Assembly: GCA_000004985.1 (NCBI GenBank)
Contig: GG738850.1
Origin: Naegleria gruberi
Lineage: Eukaryota
DNA length: 64,000 nucleotides
Direction: 5' to 3' (one strand)
Shown here: positions 1-10,178 of the stretch, piece by piece
How positions within the stretch are numbered: the first letter of the stretch is position 1
How the letters are laid out: the number at the start of each line of letters is the position of its first letter
The notes under the pieces: generated by a model
The model's input: only the letters and a program-made list of their open reading frames with translations
What the model was told of the DNA's origin: nothing
Database searches by the model: none
Made by a program: the position numbers and the translations under genes

Positions 1-3000
1 TCAATGCTGGTTCTTCCATATAATAACAAATTTCTGAAATTGTAAGAGCTGCATGTTTTCTAATTTCAATATCTTGATGTGGAACATAATTTGCAATAAT
101 TGAACCCAAAACATGTGATAATGTTTCATAGAGTTGAGAATTAATTGATGGAACAATACTTCTCAATATATGAAGTGCATTAACAATAGTCTTTTCAGGT
201 GGTTGAGGATTTGTCTTATTCAATAAACTAAAATCAACTTGTTGGAAAATTACATCAAGAGTATGCATTCTTAATGGTTCGAGATCAATGAATAGCCTCT
301 CCTTGAAAATTGTTGCAATTTCATTCAAGGAAATTGAAGCACCTCTTTGTGCTATTTGAGAAGGATCATCTTTTGTAGAATCTACTTGAGAAGCTGCATC
401 TTTCAATTCATTAATTTCATCTTCCTTAATAGAACTACCGCTAGCAGCACCGGTTGTAGTAGAACCCTTCTTTTTTCTTCCCTTCTTTTGCTTTTCCGTT
501 GTTTCAACTTCATTTGGTTGAGCATTTTCCTTTTCCAATGCCTTGTGTACAGTTATTTTTGGCATTGTCTTGGATAAGAGATCTAAAAGCTTCTTTACAA
601 TGGCTGAATTTGGTGGAGGTATTAAATCCTTACAAACAATTAACATTTTTGCAATGGATTTACATGCAAGTTTTTGAAGTGTTAAACTTGATGCTTGACT
701 TTCCACAGTTGAAAGAAGTTGAACCATCATTTTAGATAAAACTGATTTTTGTGGAACACCTCCTTGGAAAATTAAAGCAGATGACAAAATTGATAATGCT
801 CTATTTTGAATGAGTAACCAATTTGTAAAGTAAGTATCAAGTGCTGTCTTGACTCTACCAGCAAGAGTTTCCAATTCTTGAAGAAGTGTTGGATGTTCAA
901 CCAAATGTTGAGCATAATATTCACGATATTTCCCAATCAAATCTTGTGCAACAGCTGTTGACATGTTCAGAGATGGAAGACCTTCTTGATTATATGAATA
1001 AAAAGAAGAAACATCCCAGCCAAGTTTTGAATAAAATTGAAGAAGGTAATTACATTCAGTGACCAGTGGTGTGAAATAATGTTGAATTTCAACCATATTA
1101 CTCAAATTAACAGTATCCACTATTTGAGAAAGTAGATTTAAACCCGTTTCTGGTAAATTAAATGTTACATTTCTTTCTCCACAAGTTTGGAAAATATTTT
1201 GAAGTAAAATACCAGCTGTTTCTTTGTGAAGTGCAAATGCTGATCTTAACAACAAGTCAAAAGTGGTGAAAAGTTCGTTCAAATTTTGTGGTTGAGTTAT
1301 CGATATGGTAAAAAGTGCAATAGCCTTTGAAGTTGCAATTCTCATTAAAGTGAGTTCTTCCATATCTGAAACTTGTAACCTCATAGAGAATGTTTGTTTT
1401 TCTGCGTTATCCAATGATTTAGATCCATCATATTTTCTCTTAAGAGAATCTGTTGCTCCCCATCTATTAGAAATTGAATTGTAAACTTCTTCTGGTAAAG
1501 TCATTAATGAAAGGTCAAAATTATTTCCAACTGGAGTTGACATTAAAGAAGCCCAAGCACCAATATATCTCGCCATGATCGGTGTGAGGTAATCTTCTGG
1601 AATACGTCTAATGAAAGCTTCCCAAACAATCAAAGACTTTTCTACTATATTTTCTTTAGGATCCAAAATTAAATTTTGGAAAATAAGAGCAATAATATGT
1701 TTTAGCACATTTTCTTTAAGAATCCAAGAATTTGCTGTAATTTCAGTTCTTTGAATAAGCTCTTGAAGTGTTTCCAATGCTGACATTCTCACAGTTATAA
1801 TATTGTGTCTCAAGTATGGATATAATCTTGGTACCAATAAATGTAATCTATCTGCAAGAACAAGTTCATACATTGGAATGGAATATAATTTAGCTAATAA
1901 TGTCATTATACTTGCTGTTGAAGATGATAAATCATCCATATCAATAAGTGAATCCCATAAAATTGAAAAGATACCATTCACATAATTTCTATCCATTCTC
2001 ATAACATGTTCAGCAATAGGAACCAAACAATCAGCAGCAACTGCTTTAACATCATCGGCAGATGTAGACCCAGCTTCATCAGATAAACACATAATTATGG
2101 CAGGAAGAACCATTCCAAATAATTCATCTATTGCCTCTGTTCTAAGCGCAACAGCATATTTCAACCCCAGCAGTGCATTGTGTCTAACTTTCCATTCTTG
2201 ATCATGTCCCATAAGAATAACTAAATTTGTAATCACATGTCTCACTGTTTCACTATTAAGATATTTGAAAATTAAACCTAGAATTTGAGCTCCTGTTTCA
2301 GTAATTGGAGATATTGGTAAATCCGATAAATAATCTGTAAATTTGTCAAGTGCAAATAAACACAAAACTCTAACACAGCAATCTTCTAACCACAATTCAT
2401 TTGCATATTGTAAATTTTGAGTGAATATTGATTTACCAGCAGATTGAAGTTGTTCTGGTACTTTAAGAATTTCTCTAATTGCAATAGCTGCACCATGTCT
2501 TATTGTCCAAGATGAATTGAACAAATCAACTAGGAGACGTTCAGTTAAAATTTGGAATGGCCATCTTTCATGTTCAAACATATCAGATGTATCTACAGCA
2601 CTTTCAATCACTATTTTGTTTTCAGATTGTGGTTGTTCTGTAATGACTGTTTTCATTTTCTTAGCTTGTCTTTGATCTTCCTCGATTTGTTCATCAATAG
2701 ACTGATTATTTTGTTTCTTATTTTGTTTTTGCATGAATTTTTCTCTTCTTTCTTTTGCACTTAGGGGTTGACTGTTTACTTCTTCAGCTTCATGATTGTT
2801 TACAGGTTCCTTCTCAGTTGCACAAAGCAACAAGGATTGTTTTTCTTCAAATGATAAATATCCTAGACGCCCATAAATTTGACGTTTGTGAAATGCTAAT
2901 TTGTCTTTAGGTTTGAGGTGTTTAATTTGTTGTTCCTCATCGGGCACTGCAAGATTTGAACCATATAATGGTATTCCATTCTTTACTACATGCCTAATAT

Positions 3001-3343
3001 TAAAGTTGGCAAAACGGAATTTCTCTTGTTGTGTCTGGTAGTCTTCTTGTAATTTTTCATAATTTCGTACTTGTTGTTCTTGTGTTAATTCTTCCTTTTT
3101 AATATTTGCTTGTTCTGGTCTGTAGAGAGGAACATTTTGTGCAATAGCATTGATTGCTTCACCAGCAGCAGAACGTGTTTCCCAAGAACTTGATCCTAGT
3201 AAAACACTAATTTTGCTCAATACAGAAGGTATTTCGGCTTGATGAAATTTTGTTGCTTCTGCTATTTGTTTAGCAGCCGCGGATCGAACAGCAGGTGAAC
3301 CACTGTCCAACAGATTGAGTAATCTATCAAGACGAGAAGTCAT
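1..3343 (-). CDS. BTAF1: TBP-associated factor Mot1/BTAF1, N-terminal HEAT-repeat region. Partial: the ATG is at 3343 and the CDS runs off the window start; the C-terminal SNF2 ATPase lies outside.
   Basis: The minus strand reads continuously from the ATG at 3343 (MTSRLDRLLNLLDSGSPAVRSAAAKQIAEA...) to coordinate 1. The N-terminus resembles Mot1/BTAF1 (MTSRLDRLVILLDTGS...). The track omits it because no stop is reached in the window. Confidence 0.7.
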   Translation of the reverse strand, partial: MTSRLDRLLNLLDSGSPAVRSAAAKQIAEATKFHQAEIPSVLSKISVLLGSSSWETRSAAGEAINAIAQNVPLYRPEQANIKKEELTQEQQVRNYEKLQEDYQTQQEKFRFANFNIRHVVKNGIPLYGSNLAVPDEEQQIKHLKPKDKLAFHKRQIYGRLGYLSFEEKQSLLLCATEKEPVNNHEAEEVNSQPLSAKERREKFMQKQNKKQNNQSIDEQIEEDQRQAKKMKTVITEQPQSENKIVIESAVDTSDMFEHERWPFQILTERLLVDLFNSSWTIRHGAAIAIREILKVPEQLQSAGKSIFTQNLQYANELWLEDCCVRVLCLFALDKFTDYLSDLPISPITETGAQILGLIFKYLNSETVRHVITNLVILMGHDQEWKVRHNALLGLKYAVALRTEAIDELFGMVLPAIIMCLSDEAGSTSADDVKAVAADCLVPIAEHVMRMDRNYVNGIFSILWDSLIDMDDLSSSTASIMTLLAKLYSIPMYELVLADRLHLLVPRLYPYLRHNIITVRMSALETLQELIQRTEITANSWILKENVLKHIIALIFQNLILDPKENIVEKSLIVWEAFIRRIPEDYLTPIMARYIGAWASLMSTPVGNNFDLSLMTLPEEVYNSISNRWGATDSLKRKYDGSKSLDNAEKQTFSMRLQVSDMEELTLMRIATSKAIALFTISITQPQNLNELFTTFDLLLRSAFALHKETAGILLQNIFQTCGERNVTFNLPETGLNLLSQIVDTVNLSNMVEIQHYFTPLVTECNYLLQFYSKLGWDVSSFYSYNQEGLPSLNMSTAVAQDLIGKYREYYAQHLVEHPTLLQELETLAGRVKTALDTYFTNWLLIQNRALSILSSALIFQGGVPQKSVLSKMMVQLLSTVESQASSLTLQKLACKSIAKMLIVCKDLIPPPNSAIVKKLLDLLSKTMPKITVHKALEKENAQPNEVETTEKQKKGRKKKGSTTTGAASGSSIKEDEINELKDAASQVDSTKDDPSQIAQRGASISLNEIATIFKERLFIDLEPLRMHTLDVIFQQVDFSLLNKTNPQPPEKTIVNALHILRSIVPSINSQLYETLSHVLGSIIANYVPHQDIEIRKHAALTISEICYYMEEPAL

Positions 3344-3828
3344 GTTGTATGACAACTAAAAACGATAAAAAGAAATATAAATTGTTTTGTAGGTTATGTG
3401 TTGTTTTATTTTTTTGCGGTTGGTTAGAGTTAATTTTGTTATTCTCCAACGCATGTTTCGGTTGTGTTCATTACAACCCGCAAAACCAATCAAAAACAGA
3501 CAACAAATAGTTACAATGAACTGTTTGTGCGCATTGTCCATACAAACAATGCAATTCGATAACACGATCAATTCAATCTAAACCAAATTTTTCAATGCTC
3601 AATTCAATACTGTTCTTGTAATTGGGAAAGAAAAACTCTATACTGAACATATTCTCTTTCTCTCTTTATTTAGTTTTCAAAAATAGCTTCAAGAACCTTC
3701 AATTAGAAGTATTTGACTCATTTTACACCCATGTTCACTCTGGCTTCTATTTTCTGTGGGGATTGCAAGCCTTGTTGATGTGGTGTTAAAAAGCCTTTGA
3801 TTAAAAATCAATAATTATAAGCAAAAAA

Positions 3829-6381
3829 ATGTCCCTACATGTGATGACTTCAAAGTCATCATCATCTGGCAAGACAACAACAAACAAATCATCATCTTTG
3901 TCATCAACAATTAATTCCGAAGATGAATTATTGAAAAAAGTATTTAAAGTTATTGATGAAAGTAAACAACAACAACAAAATTCAAGAGAATGTTTAAATA
4001 AGATTATGATTGATCATGAACATGCTTTATCAATTCAATTGGATAATTTAAGCGAAATTCAAACACAAATTCAATCGATTGAAAAGAGAGCAGTACAATT
4101 AGGAAAAACAATTTCCAATACATTTAAATTAGCTGAAGGAGTTAGTTCTAAAGTAAGACAATTACATGGTGTTCAAGAACGTGTACAATTAGCTATTGAT
4201 GCTGTTGAAGCAAGTATTGGAATGAAAAGTTGTGTTGAAGGAGTTGAACAAGCTATTAAAATTGGTGATTATGAAAAGGCTGTTGAATATGTCAGTCGAG
4301 TTTTACATATTAATAGTGATAGTAATAGAAGTAAATTAGCTTTACAATTAAATCAATCACAAAATGGTGATCAACAAGAAAGTGAAGATGAACAAGAAAG
4401 AAGAAATACTTTATTTAAGAAATCAGAAAAGAAAATCAAGGAAATTGTTTCTTCAAAGATGAAAGAAGCTTTGAGAGATGAAAATGAAACTCAAATTAAG
4501 AGATTTTCTAAATTATTTTCACCTCTATGTATGAATGAGGATGGTTTATCATTATATGTTGACTTTTTATCAGATAAATGCAGAAAGGAGCTTGAATCAC
4601 TTGTTCATGATAGTTTGGATAAAGTATCGGATTTACCAATTGAACTAAATGCTATTGAGGACGAAGTAGAAAGATTAACATATATTAGAAAACAACAACA
4701 ACAATATGTTAGTTTTATTGATATTATCACCCAAATTTTGGATATTATTGTATCATATATCGAGGATTGTGAAGATTTTGTAACAAGTAATTTTGGAGGA
4801 GAAAAATGTACTATATATTTGATTAATTCACTCCAACATGTTTGTGACAAGATGGTAAAAAAGGTTTTAGATGTTTATGAAAAAAAGAGAGAATTGAATG
4901 ATATTTTAACAGCTGTTTCTAAAAAACCTAATACATTACCAATCAAAAAGGATCTTAATACTAGTAGATCTCCTTCACCTGTTCCAAATTCTATGGAATC
5001 ATTTTTGAAACAAACAAAAATTAGTCCAGATGATCCAAGAGTTCTTGATCTTATTTTGGAAGAAATTGCAGAAATATCATCTAATATTGAAGTTTACAAG
5101 CAATTTATTGCTGGTAAATGTATTAATATTAAAACTGATGGAAAGAATGAAATGTATACTTTAACAAAAGAACCAATTATTTATAGAAGAATTCAAGAAT
5201 TGATGAGTTTTTATATTCCCATTGATATGTCCTTTATGAAACAAAGTTTTTTCAAAGCCATTCAATTGGGTGACACGAACCAAATTAGTTTAAATGCTAA
5301 TACAGACTTTTTTGAATCTGATAGTGAAGAAGAGGAAGAAAGCGATGAGGATGAAGATGAGTCATCAAAGTACTCTTCCATTATTAATGATGTATTTTTC
5401 ATTTTACAAAAGAGTCTTAGTAGAGCTATGGATTCTCAAAATGTTTCAGTAGTTTGTGCTATTGTGAATCATATTAATGGAATACTTGCCACTGATTATT
5501 TTGAATTTGTAAAGAAGGATGTTAGCCTGATATCTCTCATCCAATCAAATAATAAGGATGATTTTGTAAAGATTTTGGTACGTACTAATAGAAAGATTTT
5601 ATTTTTATTTACACATTGAATCAAGAAATCTTTAAACAATATTCAAATATCGAGTGAATACATTCTCAAGTTAAAGAAGGAATTTGAAAGAAGTTATGAA
5701 ATCAAATTCTTCAAGAACAAGAAGGCTGAACCAAACTCTCCAGATAGAATGAAATTGAAGAGTGGAGCATCTGATCTTGTTCAAACCTCAATCTTCTTTT
5801 CTGATGAATTAAGACGATACACTCAAAAAATGGTCAGCGCCAAGGAATATTGTTTGAGTTTAGAACAAGACATTAGTTTTTTATTGGATAGTGAGCTTAA
5901 ACATCCTGCAAATAGTATTGCTTTTTATAATTTATCAGAAAGCCAATTTGCTGCAAGAGAGCTTAACAATATATTCACTACCAAATTCATTGCAAATATG
6001 GAGAAGGTATTGAATGTATATAAGAAGTATTTAACCAAGTTTAATTTCGAGGAACTGGTTGAATTAGCTATTATCATTCTTTGTGACTATTTGGAAAGAC
6101 AAATCTTTGCTAAAAGATTTAGCTCTTTTGGAGGTTTACAATTGGATAAGGATGTAAGAGAGTTTATGGATTATTTCAGTAGCAAGACAGATAGATCTGT
6201 TAGAGACAAATTTTCAAGATTAACACAAATAGCTTATTTATTGAAAATGTCAGAAGTGGATGATATTTTGGAAATTTGGGAATCAGCTCAACATTGGAAA
6301 TTATCAGTTGGTGAGATTAAGAATGTTTTATCTTTGAGACTAGATTTCAAACAAGAACAAATCCACAACTTGTCCATTTAG
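3829..6381 (+). CDS. COG4: Conserved oligomeric Golgi complex subunit 4 (COG4). Two exons: join(3829..5565,5626..6381), about 830 aa.
   Basis: Track ORFs 3829..5619 and 5749..6381 are in the same frame, separated by a TGA. The frame upstream of 5749 is open back to 5626 and reads KSLNNIQISSEYILKLKKEFERSYEIKF, matching the COG4 segment [36 protein letters not shown] donor at 5566 joined to an AAG acceptor at 5624-5625 gives a 60-nt intron containing a TACTAAT branch-like motif. The N-terminus matches the COG4 Vps51-like region (LAEGVSSKVRQL) and the C-terminus matches COG4 (FGGLQLDKDVRE...RDKFSRLTQIAYLL). Confidence 0.75.
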
Positions 6382-6456
6382 AATAAAATCAATAAAATGT
6401 ACAAGATTATCTTTTCTCCACCACTCACTAATCATATGAAATGATTGTGGAATAAT

Positions 6457-7092
6457 TTAACGTCTGTGATAACCTCCACCACCACCTCTATGAGAAGGTG
6501 GTCCCATATCTTCTTCCTTTGCAATTTTTCTCTCTGCATTCATCTTTTCGAAAAACATTTTACCACCATCATTTTCACTTTCATTAATCTTTGTATCAAA
6601 CTTAGGATGGGAAAATTTACAATTTGGACCTTTAGCGCAAAATCCAGCTAAATAATCTGGACAAGCAATTTTTCTTAAATGTTTTAATCTACAATCAGGT
6701 CCATGTTTACAAAATCCTCTTTCATACCAAGGGCATGTTTTAATTCTGTCTTCAGGTTTAATATGCAAAAAGATACATTCGACATTACTACATTCTCCAT
6801 ATTCAGAAAAGAAGTGACATTCTGGCATTTTACCAGCTTTGTATTGATGAAGAAATTCACATCCGTCACCTTTTTTACATAAACCTCTCAGCCAATGTTT
6901 ACATACAACTTCCTTTTCTTTCGGAGCTTGTCTTTTATCATGAGAATAACTACAAGCATCTCCTTTACGACATTGCCCTTTCATAAAAAATTTACAAATG
7001 GGTCTATCCTGTTCCCTCTCCTTCATATCCTCATCATCCAATTTATATTCAAAATTAAATTTTAGATCAAGTGTATCTTCAAGTCGCAGCAT
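6457..7092 (-). CDS. CPSF4: Cleavage and polyadenylation specificity factor 30 kDa subunit (CPSF30/Yth1) with five CCCH zinc fingers.
   Basis: 211 aa with repeated C-x8-C-x5-C-x3-H fingers. CKHWLRGLCKKGDGCEFLHQY and MPECHFF are almost identical to Yth1/CPSF30. Confidence 0.85.
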   Translation of the reverse strand: MLRLEDTLDLKFNFEYKLDDEDMKEREQDRPICKFFMKGQCRKGDACSYSHDKRQAPKEKEVVCKHWLRGLCKKGDGCEFLHQYKAGKMPECHFFSEYGECSNVECIFLHIKPEDRIKTCPWYERGFCKHGPDCRLKHLRKIACPDYLAGFCAKGPNCKFSHPKFDTKINESENDGGKMFFEKMNAERKIAKEEDMGPPSHRGGGGGYHRR

Positions 7093-7308
7093 TTTTTTTA
7101 AAATTGTTAATCAAAAAAATTTTATTGTTTTTTTTAAAAATAGATACGAGTTAAAGTTAAATTGAGACCTTTTGATTCAATTTGTTTTGGTCAACTGAAG
7201 AAACAACAAATAACATTATTAAATCAAAAGGTTAGACAATAATTATATTTAATATACATAATTCATTTCACCTAAATTTAATTTGGGCTGAAATGAATAA
7301 ACCGTAGT

Positions 7309-8886
7309 TTACCAGTCATCGTCTTCATAGTCGCTTTCATTTTCATCTTCCTCATCTGAATCACCTGCAGCATTACCGAACTTTTTACTCAAAATATCAG
7401 CAACACTCATTGACTTTTCTTCTTCTTTTGGAGCTGCCAATTTTCTTTCAGCTACAGATTTCAATTTAGCACCAAGTCTGATATCTTCCAACAAGTTACC
7501 TCTACCAGTAGTTGCCATAACCTTAGTTTGAGCCTTACTAGCTTCAACAGATTTCATAATATCAATGTTACCTTCACCACCACTACTACTAGATTGTTGT
7601 TGAGGAGGAGGTGTAGAAACTACAATATTATTACTTGGAGGAGGTGGAACATTGATAGCACGAGTTGGAGGAGGTGGTACATTGGAAGGAGGTGGAGGAA
7701 CACTAAATCCATTATTATTATTATTAATTGGTGGAGGAGGAACACTATAACCACCATTATTACTGACAGGTGGAGGTTGTGGAACACCATATCCACTATT
7801 ACCACCAATTGGAGGTGGAGGAACAGTCTTTACAGGTGGAGGAGGAACACCATATACACCACTATTAATTGGTGGAGGAGGAACACTTGTATTATTGACA
7901 GGTGGAGGAGGAACACCATATCCTTGATTAGTATTGGTAGGAACAGGTGGAGGTTGTCTATAATTTGATGAGTCCATATAATTATTTGAGGAATTATTTG
8001 GACTATATTGTTCATCCATTCCACTTCCAACACTTGATGAGTTTGGAATTTCCATATTTCTTGTAGAGGCAGCTCTAGACAATGATTGACTTGAACCACT
8101 TTCAACCAATTGACCTTCAGAATTGTACTTTTTACGATGGATTTTCATTTGCTTGACTTGTTTCTTTTCAGCAGTTGCTGTTGCCTTTGAACGTTCAGAA
8201 CGAGCCTTCTTACGTTCTTCCTTTCTCTTTTGTTTGGCCTTCTTTAAACGTTCCAACTCACGTTTAGCCCATTCATTGAAGAAGAAATTAGAATCAGTAT
8301 ATGCTTCAATGCAAGTCTTGTACTTTGGCAATGTGTTGATTCCTTGTTGTTGTTGTTGTTGTTGTTCTGCTTGTTGTTGTGCTTCCTTTTCAGCTTGTTG
8401 TGATAATTGTACGTGAATTTGATCCAACAATGGAGAGAATTCAGGAGGAGGTAAACAATTATTTGTATATTGCCAATTCAATGGAACTGGATTGTTTTGT
8501 TTGGAAATGTTTTGATGATCCTTCTTGTACAAGACTGCTAAATTGGCTTCAGTTAATTCATACAATGAAGTTGAGAAGAGTAATTTAGAATTATTCTCAT
8601 GCATAAATTGTTCATATTGTGGAAGTTTGTTGTTAATTTGTTGAATACGTGTATTGAGAGCATTTAATCTGTCAAATGTTTCACGTGCTGATTCATTCAG
8701 AGAGTTGAAAATTTCAGAGGCAGTCAAGGCTAATGATGATAATTGGAAAAGAATACCATTCATTGAATTCATATTTCTACCTTGAAGTACATGTCCACTG
8801 ACACTACTACTTTCAATCAGTGAATTACCAGCATTACGATAGCCATAACTATCAAAATGTTCAAGTGGACGTTTAATGACCACCAT
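7309..8886 (-). CDS. SCAR/WAVE actin nucleation-promoting factor (SCAR homology domain, poly-Pro region, WH2, acidic C-terminus).
   Basis: The N-terminus (IFNSLNESARETFDRLNALNTRIQQI) matches the SCAR homology domain. It has a basic region, a long Pro-rich (VPPPP)n stretch, a WH2 motif (LLEDIRLGAKLKSV) and an acidic tail ending in W (DSDEEDENESDYEDDDW). Confidence 0.8.
   Translation of the reverse strand: MVVIKRPLEHFDSYGYRNAGNSLIESSSVSGHVLQGRNMNSMNGILFQLSSLALTASEIFNSLNESARETFDRLNALNTRIQQINNKLPQYEQFMHENNSKLLFSTSLYELTEANLAVLYKKDHQNISKQNNPVPLNWQYTNNCLPPPEFSPLLDQIHVQLSQQAEKEAQQQAEQQQQQQQGINTLPKYKTCIEAYTDSNFFFNEWAKRELERLKKAKQKRKEERKKARSERSKATATAEKKQVKQMKIHRKKYNSEGQLVESGSSQSLSRAASTRNMEIPNSSSVGSGMDEQYSPNNSSNNYMDSSNYRQPPPVPTNTNQGYGVPPPPVNNTSVPPPPINSGVYGVPPPPVKTVPPPPIGGNSGYGVPQPPPVSNNGGYSVPPPPINNNNNGFSVPPPPSNVPPPPTRAINVPPPPSNNIVVSTPPPQQQSSSSGGEGNIDIMKSVEASKAQTKVMATTGRGNLLEDIRLGAKLKSVAERKLAAPKEEEKSMSVADILSKKFGNAAGDSDEEDENESDYEDDDW
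7620..7965. repeat. Imperfect tandem coding repeats of ~45-60 nt encoding G-Y-G-V-P-P-P-P-(V/I)-N-N units inside the SCAR gene.
   Basis: Variants of ggtggaggaggaacac...tat/att recur about seven times on the plus strand; on the minus strand they encode the proline-rich linker. Confidence 0.6.
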
Positions 8887-9263
8887 TTTTTTTAACTTTG
8901 ATCACTTGTTGATGATGATAACTCTTCACAAGAGAGAAAAACTAGTTAATAATTTTGAAAGCCACCAGCAGCTGTTGAATTTTTTTTTTAATGATGACTT
9001 TGTGCCAGTTGATGGTTGATTGATTTTTAGGCTTCCTCGTGGTGAAGAGTAACAAGGAAGAAGTGAGTTCACTCTTCAATCTATTGGGTAAAGTGTTACA
9101 ACTCTAACAAGAGCAAATCTGAAAAGTTAAGATGGTTAAACTTCTTTTAATTTCTTTGTTTCAGATATTATTTCCATTAAATACTTAATTGTTTGTTGGT
9201 GATTCTAATTAATTCACAAGTTCTTCATGAGAAACGAAATTAAGGTAAAAATAGTTCAAAAAA

Positions 9264-10091
9264 ATGTCTGTTTTCAATGATCTGGTTTCTTTCACGTTGA
9301 TAGATTTTTCTTTTGGCAACACTTCGGATCACCAACTTAAATTAACGGAAAAATACAAATTACTAACAATTCATAGAAGAAAAATTGAGGAAAATATTCA
9401 AATATTCATCAAAGCAGGAAAGATTAAAAACGAACTGAGAAATGATGAAGAATATTGTTTCAGAGTAGTTCAGATTGATGGAACTGCTTTGAGTAAAGTT
9501 AAATGTCAGAATAGAAAAATTGCATTGGCCGCTGTTCAACAGAATGGACATGCATATGTTTATTTGAGGAAGGAATTTAAAAAAGATTTGGAGATTTTAT
9601 TCGAAACTGCAAAATCCTGCTCTTCTATTATTGCTTGTCGAATACTTTCAGATATGGATTCAAATACTGACATGCCCATTAATGACAAGGTTTGCTTGGC
9701 AAGGTATTTCTTTCAGAACAAACCTGAGTATTCAACCTTTCTAGGTTATAGTATACCATTGTGTTTGAAATTAGAAAGAGAATTTATTTTGGAATTAATT
9801 AGTAATCATTTATCGATCATTCCCCCTTTTTTGATTTCATGTTTCAATAATGACAGAAATTTCATATTGGAAGTTTTGAAAAAATTCAAGCATCCAATAA
9901 GTGCCTATTTTATTCAAGGTTTGTCTACTGAATTGAGAAATGATTTGGAGGTTGTATCAGAAATTATTAAGAGAAATAGGGATTTAATTAAATATGTTCC
10001 TGAACTATTAAAATCCAAGTTAAAGATTTTTGAATCTGTTAAAGAAGATTACAATGCCTCAAAAAGGCTATCTCCACTCGATTCTTATTAA
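9264..10091 (+). CDS. Hypothetical protein with DUF4116-like repeats.
   Basis: 275-aa ORF with an ATG start. The motif RNDEEYCFRVVQIDGTALSKVKCQNRKIALAAVQQNGHAYVYL resembles DUF4116 repeats (ELRNDkevvLaAVkqnGwALkya). Confidence 0.45.
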   Translation: MSVFNDLVSFTLIDFSFGNTSDHQLKLTEKYKLLTIHRRKIEENIQIFIKAGKIKNELRNDEEYCFRVVQIDGTALSKVKCQNRKIALAAVQQNGHAYVYLRKEFKKDLEILFETAKSCSSIIACRILSDMDSNTDMPINDKVCLARYFFQNKPEYSTFLGYSIPLCLKLEREFILELISNHLSIIPPFLISCFNNDRNFILEVLKKFKHPISAYFIQGLSTELRNDLEVVSEIIKRNRDLIKYVPELLKSKLKIFESVKEDYNASKRLSPLDSY

Positions 10092-10178
10092 ATTAATTCA
10101 TCCTCCAAACATTGTATCACCAGAAATAGTCCAGCTTTGGGCATCTATCCATTTCCCCTACGTTTTCCAAAGGTAACA

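Noticed and set aside
5566-5743. Alternative COG4 intron from the GTACGT at 5579 to the CTCTCCAG acceptor at 5743 (165 nt)
   Set aside because: That option is phase-compatible, but it would delete the segment KSLNNIQISSEYILKLKKEFERSYEIKF, which aligns to conserved COG4 sequence. The 5566..5625 intron keeps it.
7528-8105. Plus- and minus-strand ORFs (7528..7968 +, 7620..7808 -, 7830..8105 -) overlapping the SCAR gene
   Set aside because: These are shadow ORFs through the low-complexity proline and glutamine repeat DNA; they translate to W/R/N-rich nonsense and have no independent support.
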